Part shown: one piece after another, positions 12,601 to 24,476 of the stretch
Layout of the letters: each line of letters opens with the position of its first letter
Position numbering within the stretch: position 1 is the first letter of the stretch
Source: Diadema antillarum
Lineage: Eukaryota
Direction of reading: 5' to 3'
DNA length: 64,000 nucleotides
NCBI RefSeq assembly: GCF_040938485.1
Contig: NW_027270925.1
Span: 496,001 to 560,000, forward strand
The notes under the pieces: generated by a model
Told to the model about the DNA's origin: nothing
Database searches by the model: none
The model's input: the letters and a program-made list of their open reading frames with translations, nothing else
Position numbers and translations under genes: made by a program

Positions 12601-12996
12601 CACTGTAAAAACATCGGTGTTAGATTTAACACCACGGGTGTTAAATCTAACACCGATCAAACTTCAATAAAGGACCACACCCACAGGTGTTAAATATGCA
12701 CTCTGATGGTGTTGAAAAGTGTTCACCTGACACTTCGTGGTGTTAATTTGACACTGTACCTGGTGTTATTTTGACACTGTACTGGTGTTAATTCAAAAAT
12801 GACACCACATGGTGTTGATTTGATATTTGCTGGTGTTGATATCAATGGTTTAACACCCGTCCAGCTTCAATAAGAGACCACACCAGCTGGTGTTACTTTG
12901 GTGTAACTGTATTTTCACATTTTTTCAAAAATCTAGTATTTTAATGTAAAATTCTTGATCGTCTTGTTTAAATTAAAAATCAACAAGAAGTGCAGT
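12601..12996 (+). mobile_element. CACTG element copy B, 3'-truncated
   Basis: Near-identical to copies A and C for about 396 bp, then similarity stops at AAGTGCAGT. Confidence 0.85.
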
Positions 12997-14014
12997 TTAA
13001 CCCGTAAACCCTCTTATTTGTGTTTCCACTAAAAGTCGTTGACAATGTTACATCGTAATGTCTTTTAACATACCGCTGTAGATAATTATCTTCACATAAT
13101 GCAAGTGATATTTACATTTTACTGCAAAAGGTTTACCTTTATTAGATATTCTTCTTTTGTACAGTGATGATCCTTGCGAAGCATTGCTATTTGCTGGTGT
13201 CAGACAAGAAGACCTTTTGTTTGGGATAGTGGTAAACCTTTTCAAGGTGTAATAGAGTGGTTGCTAACTTTGAGTGATGCATGTATCTCCAATGGAACGG
13301 TCTCGAGTCTTTAAAAATGGGATACAATGCATGAGAATTCCGTTTCATAAAAATATGCAGAAAAATATCCCAGAGATGTCATTTTGACGAATGGATCATA
13401 TCCGTACAAAGAGGTGTCTCTCTCTGGAAGAGGACATTAAGAGGAGTAGTAATAAAGGTTGTGTGTCCCAGAAACCCAGCTAACGGTGCTACTTTACATG
13501 CATATATGTATCCCAAGTGAATCAAACTAAGTTTCCTATGCCGATATTAATGGTGTATGCTAATGGGAAACCGCCGCAGGTGAAACGGGCCCCCTCCCTA
13601 CCCCATCACCACACTCGATCATTTTCAACCGGTTTTTCATGTACAGCAGTTGTATTGGTTCTACACCCAATTTTCCATATTTTGCGCCTTTCTTGTGTGG
13701 AATTCGGCGGTAAGTCATGTCGCTGACGATCAAACAACCTGTTTATGATGGGCTATCAGCAATTTTTTGATATTTGATGTTGCACAGGCACATGTAAACT
13801 GGATCACATAATTTGTTCTTACACTTAGTAGTTTCTTTACACATCTATTCGCCGTAGTTCTTTTTCTTTAAATTAACGAATATTGAGTCGTCATAATTAT
13901 GATATTGGTGCTGGAATGTGCTGTGGTATTTATCTTAAGCCACCAAAATGATCGAATCTAACATAAAGATTGGTTTTTTTTTTTCGTCTCTCGTGCGCTC
14001 ATATGCACACCCCC

Positions 14015-14805
14015 ATTATAATAATAATAACAATACAGGGTACTTATAATGCGCCAGTTCCACATAATTAACGTGCTCAAGGCGCAGTAGAAGAAGTAAG
14101 TTATGAAATACAAAAATCCTTACACAAACATGCACATGAAAATGAACGACACAATAATGATAATGAAAAAAATATGCATCATAATATACAATTCTACTGG
14201 AAAATGGTCATGAACAAATGAGTCTTGAGGTCAACTTTAAAGGAGTCAACATTCGAAATGTGACGGATAGCTTGAGGCAACTGATTCCACAGGTGAGGTC
14301 CAGCATGTGCAAATGACCGATCCCCCCATGATTTCTTCGTTTTTGGAACAACAAGCAATCTACAATCGGATGACCTTAAACATCTGGAAGGATTATAAAA
14401 TGTCAGTAGATTAACATTGTACTCTGGGGCAGATCCGTGTATGCAATGAAAAACAAATAAATAGGAACAGTTTAAATACAATGCGAGATTCAACAGGTAA
14501 CCAGTGCAATGAGGACAAAACAGAGGTAATGTGAGTATTTCTCCTGGTAAGGGTAACAATGCGGGGTGCTGAATTTTGCAATTTTTGTAACCGTGAAAGT
14601 TGAGATTGTGGCAGCTGAAATAGGAGTGCATTACCAAAGTCAAGTCGGGATGATATAAGAGCATGAACTATTTTTTCTGTGGCTGAACGAGTTAAATACT
14701 TGCGAATAATGCCCAAATTGCGTAACTGATATCTCACGGATTTACAGACAGCAGAGATCTGAACAGGCATGGACATTGTAGAATCAAATAATACTCTCAA
14801 GATTT
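14015..14805 (-). mobile_element. L2/Crack-clade LINE 3' fragment (RT C-terminal region plus 3' tail)
   Basis: Minus-strand ORFs give QLRNLGIIRKYLT...HALISSRLDFGNALL...LQKLQN...LHWLPVESRIVFK and KSWGDRSFAHAGPHLWNQLP...FKVDLKTHLF with a frameshift. L2-type GCGCCTTGAG...TATTATTAT tail at ~14015-14085. Confidence 0.9.
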
Positions 14806-14868
14806 CATCCATTATCCATTATCCATCCAGTGTGAGGGTACACGTATCCTAAATATTGTGATATTGTA

Positions 14869-15399
14869 CACTGTAAAAACATCGGTGTTAGATTTAACAC
14901 CACGGGTGTTAAATCTAACACCGATCAAACTTCAATAAAGGACCACACCCACAGGTGTTAAAAATGCACTGTGATGGTGTTGAAAAGTGTTCACCTGACA
15001 CTTCGTGGTGTTAATTTGACACTGTACCTGGTGTTATTTCGACACTGTACTGGTGTTAATTCAAAAATGACACCACATGGTGTTGATTTGATATTTGCTG
15101 GTGTTAATATCAATGGTTTAACACCCGTCCAGCTTCAATAAGGGACCACACCAGCTGGTGTTACTTTGGTGTAAATTTATTTTCACATTTTTTCAAAAGT
15201 CTAGTATTTTAATGTAAAATTCTTGATCGTCTTGTTTAAATTAAAAATCAACAAGAAGTGCAGTTACTAAGAAACTCTTCAAAAAACAGTTTAAAATTTG
15301 GAAATGATACCCGTAGGTGTTAATTTAACACCATAAATGAGCACCGAAAATTTAACACCAGCTCGGTGTTCACTATTTAACACCGGACTTTTTGCAGTG
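14869..15399 (+). mobile_element. CACTG element copy C (full length)
   Basis: TA|CACTGTAAAAA ... TTTTTGCAGTG|TA; perfect 21-bp-arm hairpin at 14881-14925. Confidence 0.88.
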
Positions 15400-15418
15400 T
15401 AGCTGCAGAGAACAATTA

Positions 15419-16481
15419 CACTGTATACACTGCAAAAAGTCCGGTGTTAAATAGTGAACACCGAGCTGGTGTTAAATTTTCGGTGCTCATTTATGGTGTT
15501 AAATTAACACCTCCGGGTGTCATTTCCAAATATAAAACTGTTTTTGAAGAGTTTCTTAGTAACTGCACTTCTATTTGATTTTTAATTTAAAGAAGACGAT
15601 CAAGAATTTTACATTAAAATACTAGATTTTTGAAAAAATGTGAAAATAAAGTTACACCACAGTAACACCAGCTGGTGTGGTCTCTTATTGAAGCTGGACG
15701 GGTGTTAAACCATTGATATTAACACCAACAAATATCAAATCAACACCATGTGGTGTCATTTTTGAATTAACACCAGTACAGTGTCAAAATATCACCAGGT
15801 ACGGTGTCAAATTAACACCACGAAGTGTCAGGTGAACACTTTTCAACACCATCACAGTGTATTTTCTACACCTGTGGGTGTGGTCCTCTATTAACACTTG
15901 ATCGGTGTTAGATTTAACACCCATGGTGTTAAATCGAACACCGATGTGTTTACAGTGTAGAAACATCGGTGTTAGAATTGACGCCATGGGTGTTAAATCT
16001 AACACCGATCAAGTGTCAATAGAAGACTACACCCACAGATGTAGAAAATGTATTGTGATGGTGTTGAAAAGTGTTCACCTGGCTCTTCGTGGTGTTAGTT
16101 TGACACTGTATCTGGTGATATCTTTGACACTGCGCTGGTGTTAATTCAATAATGACACCGCATGGTGTTGATTTGATATTGCTGGTGTTAATGTCAATGG
16201 TAAAACATCCGTCCAGCTTCAATAGGAGACGACACCAACTGGTGTTACGGTGGTGTAAATGTGTTTACACATTTTTTTTTCAAAAATCAAGTACTTTATC
16301 GGAAAATTCTTGATCATCTTGTTGAAGTTCAAAATCAACAAGAAGTGCAGTAAGAAACTATTAAAAAAAAAAATTACACTTTGAAATGACACCCGGAGGT
16401 GTTAATCTAACACCATAAATGAGCTCCAAAAATTTAACACCAGCTCGGTGTGTCTTATTTAACACCGGACTTTTTGCAGTG
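15419..16481 (+). mobile_element. CACTG element copy E, interrupted in its left terminus by copy D
   Basis: TA|CACTGTA at 15417-15425 resumes as (TA)GAAACATCGG at 15958; right end TTTTTGCAGTG|TA at 16481. Confidence 0.8.
15428..15957 (-). mobile_element. CACTG element copy D (inverted, full length)
   Basis: Reverse complement of copies A/C with intact ends and TA on both flanks. Confidence 0.88.
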
Positions 16482-16494
16482 TAATTGTCCAGAA

Positions 16495-17450
16495 ATGGGT
16501 GATGTTCGTTATTCCGGAGGTTCTTTAATTCCGAAGGTTTGTAATTCCGAAGCACCAAAGCTCCGTGTATGCATAGAATGTTCGAAATCCGAAAATGTAA
16601 AGGGGCTCGATAATGATATGACGGTATTCCCTACACTGTAAAATTATCGGTGTTAGATTTAACACCATGAGTGTTAAATCGAACACCGATCAAGCGTCAA
16701 TAGAGGACCACACCCACAGGGGGAGAAAATGTATTGTGATGGTGTTGAAAAGTGTTCACCTGGCACTTCGTGGTGTTAACTTGACACTGTATAGCTGGTG
16801 ATATTTTTGACACTGCGCTGGTGTTAAGTCAATAATGACACCGCATGGTGATACTTTGATATTGCTGGTGTTAATGTCAATGGTATAACACCCGTCCAGC
16901 TTCAATAGGAGACGACACCAACTGATGTTACAGTGGTGTAAATGTGTTTACACATTATTATTGTTCTTCAAAAATCAAGTACTTTATCGGAAAATTCTTG
17001 ATCGTCTTGTTGAAGTTCAAAATCAACAAGAAGTGCAGTAAGTAAGAAACTCTTCAAAAAACAATTTGATATTTTGAAATGACACCCGGAGGTGTTAATC
17101 TAACACCATAAATGAGCGCCGGAAATTTAAATTTAGCTCGGTGTTTCATATTTAACACCGGACTTTTTGTAGTGTAGGTTCATTTTTCCGGAGGTTCGTT
17201 TATCCGAAAATGATATAAGGTTCGTCATTCCGAAATTCCTTAATCCGAAAAGAAAAAGAAAAGAAAAGAAAAGAGAGTATGTTATTCCGAAAATTAAAAG
17301 AATACGAGTACTAACAAACCGTCGGGAGTACGAACCTTATTTTCTTTCCCGAAATAACGAACCTGCCTTCAGAGTAACAAACTTCCGGAAAAGCGAATCT
17401 GACTCCATGTTCAGATTAACGAACCTCCATGATAATGAGCCTTCTTGATA
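16495..17450. repeat. Degenerate element built from GGTTCGTTATTCCGAA-type units, interrupted by copy F
   Basis: TTCCGAA/GGTTCG units lie on both sides of copy F, and their complements (CGAAATAACGAACC) occur at ~17320-17430. Boundaries approximate. Confidence 0.55.
16634..17174 (+). mobile_element. CACTG element copy F
   Basis: TA|CACTGTAAAA ... TTTTTGTAGTG|TA; shares diagnostic variants with copy E. Confidence 0.85.
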
Positions 17451-19639
17451 ACGGTCTGTAATCGCAGAATCGTTATGTTATCGAAGAGTTTTATCAGAAC
17501 TGAAACAGTTCTAAAGCTTTGTGGGTTTTTTCTTCTTTTTTTGTCATACATTTTGGATACAATATGCGCATTGTGTTCTTAATATAGTCTTATTGCTGTG
17601 TGACTGTGGTACCTTTTTGAGCACATTTCTCATGTTTCATTGATGTGGCAATTTACATGTCTGCACAGAAGATATCATAGAAGAATATCATGTATTGTTT
17701 ACCTCTTTACTCAGTTCAAGACAGAATAAACCCATTCAATTTGCACGATAATTGCCTTGACTAACTTGTCATAATTACTATTTCATGTGTTTGAAGGTTA
17801 CTCTTGTATCAGCCGTTGTATTGGTCGTCCGGTGATATGATTGCCGTGGAAATGTCGGAGAGCTCATAAACAATGACAGCAAAACGTTTTCACTTCAGTT
17901 ATTCTCAGTCTAACCCATTCGCCTATAATTGGCAACCGGATCTGCCACGAATACACAAATTTGATATTTGGAGACTTACAATATGTCAAAGGTATTTGGC
18001 TAGGTAAATGATTACAAAGAATATTTTTGGTTTATGATACTTCTCCCTATTTTTCCCAAGGTATAATACATGACTTATATACTGTTGCACAGGAAAAAGG
18101 GCACAGAGCCCGAGTGTTATGTCTTCTCTTGCCTCTTGAAGAGGATCCTTTGCTGTCTGATTTTTCTCTATAAGATAAAAATACCTTCTATACGGAGGAA
18201 AATTATATCAAAGGACCTCTTTGAGATTTCTCCAGCGGTCACTTCCAAATAGTAACAGTGCGCCGAAAAAGCACATGGTGATCAATTCTAAATTATACCC
18301 TTACAAACGGGTTCCTTCTAAGTGAGCTAAATCCATCATTTTCAATGGATTTATCGCCTTTTGGAAGTAAGCTCTCCATATAGCGTCATGTGACCAAGGA
18401 TAACATTGCTATGATGCTAAAGGCAAAGTGCCAATGGAGAAATATGTGCTATACCTTGACGACATTCGTAATATGGCGCACTATACCATCAATGTCGACA
18501 TTTAGGAGATCGAGCAATAGATAAAGTAAAGTGCTATCGATATTGGCCTTACAAACCACTGCGTATTACACTGATCATCTGCACTGCAATGCCTGAACAA
18601 TGTCATTTAAACACTTTCACTATTATAAAATTCGTTGGGGGAGATATAAAACATATATCATTTTCGAGATATTAACGGAGTTACGAATTCTTGGGTGACA
18701 GAAATCTTACAATTTTCACCGGGCTGCACCCCTCATTAAAAAAATGCTATTCTTCCATCTCGGAATCAAAATTTCAACCAGAGTTTCTCAAGAGCACGGT
18801 ATAATGATGTTCTTTTAATATTTGTTGCAGGTTATTAACCTATATGGACCATTTCACGGCACACAGGAGAAAAGAGGCGGTCTAAATCCCCAAGAAGTGG
18901 TTAGCATACATCTTAAAAGGCTTGATTGACGTACGGAAATCCTTCCTACTGTTTGGCTAATCCTCTCAGTGTGTTGGTTAAAAGGCAAAAGGGTGCACTG
19001 CTCTTCTAGTGGCGTAAAATGTCCGCAATCCTATATAATACCCTTTGTAGGTAGTATTAACTTCTCTATGCCATACAAACGTTAATGTAACTCATATGCA
19101 GGGCGTAGGCTCATTTTCATCTTTACAGAGATATATTGGATATATATTTCATGCATTTGCTCTTAAGTATAGTGCACTGTAATGCAAAATCTTAAATATT
19201 ACATGAAGGCTTACACAGAGAATAACTACGACGCAATATGACAAAGTGTTTTGGGTTTTAAACGAACTGTAATAATACAAATACTAAAATATTACGCGAA
19301 GGCGACGCAGAGAATTATTCTGACACGATATGCCAAATTGTTGTTATTGTTTTTTTAAGCGAACGTTCATCGTCTGCTTTATATAACTCTATTACAGTAT
19401 TGGACTGCAAATTACGCTATGTTTTTTTACATAACTTATCTAGGTAATTATTCATAGAAACAAAATCCCTGCCAAGTCGGCGGCGAGAAGTGGTATTCTT
19501 TTTACATCACACCGAAGTAGAGAAAAGATTGCTTCATTATTGTTTCGGAAGAATAATACAAAGATATGTGTTGTTTGAAGGTTTGCATGGTGAAATATAT
19601 GATGGAGAAAGATTCGCGATTTGCGATTTAAATTTAAAT

Positions 19640-20110
19640 CTTTCTTCTTCTTCTTTTCTTTGTTTTCTTTCCCTTTTTTTTCTCTCTCTCTCCCTTCTCT
19701 CATAGTCTCATCTCTCCTCGACTTACCTTTCTTTCGCGGGATTATTCGTCCTTTCTCCATTGATTCCGTATTCCATAGTCCACACTGTTCGCCGACCTCG
19801 TTCTTCTCTTGGTTTCATGAATCTTCACTTCTCTCTCCTATCTCCATGATTTTCCAACATTCAGCTCCTCTCTCTTAACACGCTCATCTTCCCTTCTATT
19901 TCATCTTTCCCCTTCTAACGATTTCCGAACATCTTACTTGATTCTCACTCTATTCTTCCTTACCACTCCCTCTGTTCCTTTCTCTACCGTCTCCACTAGT
20001 GCAACTTTAACTTCTAGCCCATTACTGTCCCCCATCACTCTTCACTTTTTGCCCTTCTTACAGCCCACATATGTCGCTTCCCTCTTCAATTCTCCTCTTT
20101 CTAGGCTCTT
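19640..20110. repeat. Pyrimidine-rich (CT) low-complexity tract
   Basis: Strong C/T strand bias by direct reading. Confidence 0.7.
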
Positions 20111-20729
20111 CTGCCAAGCAATGATCCTGTAAGGACTACATACACGATGGTGTCACCGCAAATCTTTCTCCCTAAATACAAAGATAATCATGATTATGTC
20201 TGATGAGGTTTAAATTGAAACGGAATTACCCTGATTTGCCTAATAAATAGATTCCCCTGTGCAAGAATCAACAACCCAATTAGAAGATTCTATCCATATT
20301 AGACGTCAATTCAATGGCCTTTGCTTCTTCAATATTTTTTTGTGATCCATGATACGGCCTCCCTTTTAATTTTCCCGTGGTGACGTGAAAAAGCCACCAC
20401 TCCATTGGCCTAACATTAAAGGAGATTGATTCCAAAATTATGCTATATATAGCTTTAAAGTGATCATAAGTGTTTATACCTTCAAAAGTAGGCAGAAATA
20501 GATTTGCTAACATGCTACCTAATAAATTACTTCGAGTCTACGTCATAATCATGACAGAAATTTCGAGAGTTTGCAATAATAAAAAGCAAGAGGGGATGTT
20601 GGGGTACTTTAAGCAGCATCGTGACATGACACGACATGAGTCATGGAATTCTTCAACATGTCATCGTCAAAAGTGCAGCACGTATATAATCCTCGAATGG
20701 AAACAAAAATCAGGCAATATGAGAATGTA

Positions 20730-20897
20730 CAGTGGCGGATCCAGAGGGGGCGCCCCCGGCGCACGCTCCCCCTTATTTTTCGTGAAAAACAAAGGAAATA
20801 AAAAGAAAAAAATGAAATGAAACCCGGAAGTGCCACCAGAAATATTAGTCACGCACCTCCCCCCCCCCCCTTTACAGAGTTCCTGGATCCTCCCCTG
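20730..20897 (-). mobile_element. CAGGGG/CCACTG MITE, copy 3 (inverted)
   Basis: CAGTGGCGGATCCAG ... CTGGATCCTCCCCTG; flanked by ATGTA/ATGTA. Confidence 0.82.
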
Positions 20898-22265
20898 ATG
20901 TATATGATCTCGAAATCGTGTCAGTTTGGATTTCAATGTTTTATGAAATATGCATACTGCTCCTGACACTCATACCCACGTTTTTCTCTGCAGTGCAATT
21001 TTCGTGACTTGCCTAATCATGACCAGCGTTAGACTTTATACGACACATTGTCTTTCTTACGTGGACGCTACCAACTCTTGAAACAGAGGAAAGCAATTAT
21101 ACAGTAAGTCAACTTCACCAGTAATATATTGGGATAAGCCTGCTTAAGTTATGCATGAATCATGATTGGCTGCAGTCTGGCAGTACTTAGTATACATTTC
21201 AAATATTGAATCTGAAAAAGAAGAAAACAAAAAACGTGGGACACAACTAGAAAACAAAACAAAACGCCCCTTTGCCTTCCAAACGGCACACATCCATGGG
21301 TGAATACATCATCGGATAACCTATCGTGAATTCAAGTCAAGCCAGATCTTGCGATGGCTTTTATTAACTCATTCATTGTGGCAAAAAAGAAAGAAAGAAA
21401 AAGACCGCTCGAAATATAAAAAAAGACAACAAGCTTTCCAATAACATTCAGCCAGCCCGAAGCCCATTACAAATCGCTACATCGCTATATACCTCTTCTG
21501 TCGATGTAGATAATGGACCATATTCACAGACATTTGAGTGACTTGGCGAAGTTTCTGTATACGAGGGAGAGTCATTATCTCCAGCTATTCGAGGTAGCTA
21601 TCATACTCCGAGAAACCTTCGTTACCTTGGATACTATGATACTTCCATCATCGCTGGTATGATCTACCTCCAACAGTGAAAAATGTCAAGCGATCGAATC
21701 TTCACATCGATCCGAAGCCAGAGAATGTCTGAAAAGTATCACGACACGGGCAGACAGAAGTATTATAACCAAATTAGAAACATCGAATTGTGAATGACCC
21801 AATAAACCATTAATGACAACTGACGCACAACAAATTCACGAAATGAAACCACATTAATGTCAACCTATTGAGGTAGGTAGTGACAGAGAAATAGGTAGAC
21901 AAAGAGACTGTAGTCGGGCTAGGATTAAAAAAGAATATCTTAATTTAAGTCATTAAATGAGTTTCCAATTTCGCTGTAGTAATGCCTCTTGATGGTGTAT
22001 AGTAGCTATCTCTCCAGGGTCCTCACAAAGAATATTACACTGGATTATTTCTACCTATTTTACACAAAATACAGTTTCAATTATACGGGACAGAAAGATT
22101 TGCAATAGATGATACATTACCGATAATAGCGCCCAAAGTACAATTTAAGCATACTATAGAGAAAAATTACTATCTATTATGTAAGATAAAGAGAATTGCA
22201 TGAAATATATTATTCTTTGACGATAATAGTATACCCAACACAAAATAGAGTTTAACTACAGATTG

Positions 22266-23145
22266 AGAGATGAAGACCCAAACTTATAGCGTTGTCTGAA
22301 ACTCTTAACACGGAGGTACAAACAAACATTATTTTGTTTGTATACCTCCGTGAGACTCTTAACCTTTTCCCTTACGTCACTATACTTCAACATGGTGCCA
22401 AGAGTGTCCTCCTATCACTGATCTGGAGAAGATATCTGTATGGAATTGGCCCTTATAAGATGTTTGCATCGACAAGTGATCGAGTGATAATGATCCAAAC
22501 TTACAGGATTGCTGCAAAACTCTTAAACTTTTCCCTTTTATGTACTAATTACATCGAGTATTAAAACGCAATGCCACTGAGAGTGCCCTCCTTCTCCTTG
22601 ATCTGGAGAAGATATAGATGTATTCGGCACTTTGATGTTTGGATACAGAGATGATGATCAAATCTTATTACAGTGTTACTGTAAACCTCTTAACTTTCCC
22701 CCTTTATGTAACAATATTAAATACAATGCCACAAGAGTGCCTCCTTGATCTGGACAGGATTATTATCCGCCTGTATTCGGCACTTTGGATGTTTGGATAT
22801 AAAGATGATCAAAACTTAGGCCTATCACAGTGTTGCTACTTCTTGTATGCAAACCTGTTAACTCCCCCTCCCCCCGTATGAATACCTTTTAAACACAACG
22901 TCACTAAGAGTGTGCTGTTCTGAAGAAGATATAGGCGTGTAATCGGCGCTTTGGATCTTTAATTTGAGTGCACTTATTATACGTTGACATCCCAGTGGCC
23001 CTGATTCTGGAAAAAGGTGTATGTGGATGTCCAACCGCACCACCACTGTCACTGCCATGTGCTATTCTTTGCGTCAATTTAAAGAGCATCCAAGCATGGT
23101 TATATTACTATGATATTTTACGTCGTAATCTGGAGAAGATATTTG
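22266..23145. repeat. Diverged tandem array, unit ~165 bp, about 4-5 copies
   Basis: CTCTTAA(C)TTTTCC anchors at 22355, 22519, 22686 and 22854, plus recurring GATCTGGAGAAGATA and GTATTCGGCACTTTG blocks. Confidence 0.7.
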
Positions 23146-23470
23146 AAATTTGCTTACTTCTGTATGGGCATTTCCGGGCCTGATATACACATACTTGGGA
23201 AACATACCATCTGATACTTGGGTATCTAAAAGTAAATACATTTAAAATGTAAATCACAGAATAGTAGCAATACAACCCACAGATCACACAAGTGAAGTGC
23301 ATGCAAAGTAGAAGAACACGTTCGATGTAAAGTTATAAACATGTAAACCCTGTAAACAATAACAGTTATGAAGACCACGAGAGGTATAATTGATTAATAT
23401 AACATTAGCTTTAGTTATAGTCTCGGAAACATCCATAGAGTAGAATGAAAACTGTAAAAGGGAAGCTGAA

Positions 23471-23486
23471 GAGGGAGAGAGAGGGG

Positions 23487-23543
<57 letters not shown>

Positions 23544-23552
23544 GGGGGGAGA
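23471..23552. repeat. (GA)n plus poly-G tract
   Basis: Direct reading of the sequence. Confidence 0.9.
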
Positions 23553-24476
23553 GACATACCGGTAATTACAGGTAAACGATCGGAGAACGAAAGAGAAGGG
23601 ATTAGATACAAATTTTTGTCAAAGGTACCGTGACGATCCCAGCTTGTTCAACGACAGTATAACTAAAACACCAAGTAGTGTATAATAACGCATTACTCAC
23701 GCACCACTTTGCAAGCGAGAAGGTATAGTTGACAACTTTGACGCCAAAATTACATGCCTTTCAATCATTATTTAACTTTCATGATAATAGCCCGTACCTC
23801 CCCCCCCCTCTCTCTCTCTCTCTCGCTGAATTAGAACAGTGCGACGGAATGTCAACACGCTGAAAATGTGTAAAACTGAAGCTTCTGTCATGCATGCATC
23901 TCATGCTAACAGAAATCCCCTACAAGGTAAGATCTGCAAGTTGATTAACGCTCATGGGGGAGAAAAATTATCATTACGTAATGCTTTATGCAAGGTTATG
24001 CAAAATTGTGTCATATTACAATATTGCATCATGCCATAATATATCGTAACATACATATTCCATTCTCACTCCTTTTTTTCCCCGGATTTTTCCCCCGGAT
24101 TTGATGCGCTTAGAAACATCAGTATTAAGCTCTATATAAATGTTATTCATTATCATTATCATTATACCGTCTTATCAAATCATACATCGTCTATCATATC
24201 GTCTACCATATCGTCTATCATTGTATATACATATTTTTTTTTTTGCCTCTGGTGGTCCATTTGGGCTACTAAGATCTTTTAATCTGAAATTTTTATACCC
24301 CAAAATTGTAGTGTTCCGACGAAAAGGGAAATATCAAAGTTTATTTTTAACATTAGCTGCCCGATCGGGCTACCAAAAGATAACCTTGTTGAAAGTTTGG
24401 TGGCCCAACATCAGTTTTTAGTAGCCCAGGGCCACTGGGCCACCGCTGATGTCGATCTCTACCTATGATAGTTATG

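Noticed and set aside
13166-13246. Potential internal exon (DDPCEALLFAGVRQEDLLFGIVVNLFK) after a good acceptor
   Set aside because: Weak donor (GTGTAA), no partner exons and no recognisable homology.
8378-16641. Repeated short ORFs (MKIHCKNIDVRFNTT..., MLDLTP...) suggesting a small gene family
   Set aside because: They are translations of the non-coding CACTG element and open or close at different points in each copy.
14869-17174. CRISPR-like or integron-like appearance of the repeated palindromic units
   Set aside because: Repeats are ~530 bp with TIRs and TA TSDs, there are no unique regular spacers and no cas/integrase gene, and the context is eukaryotic.
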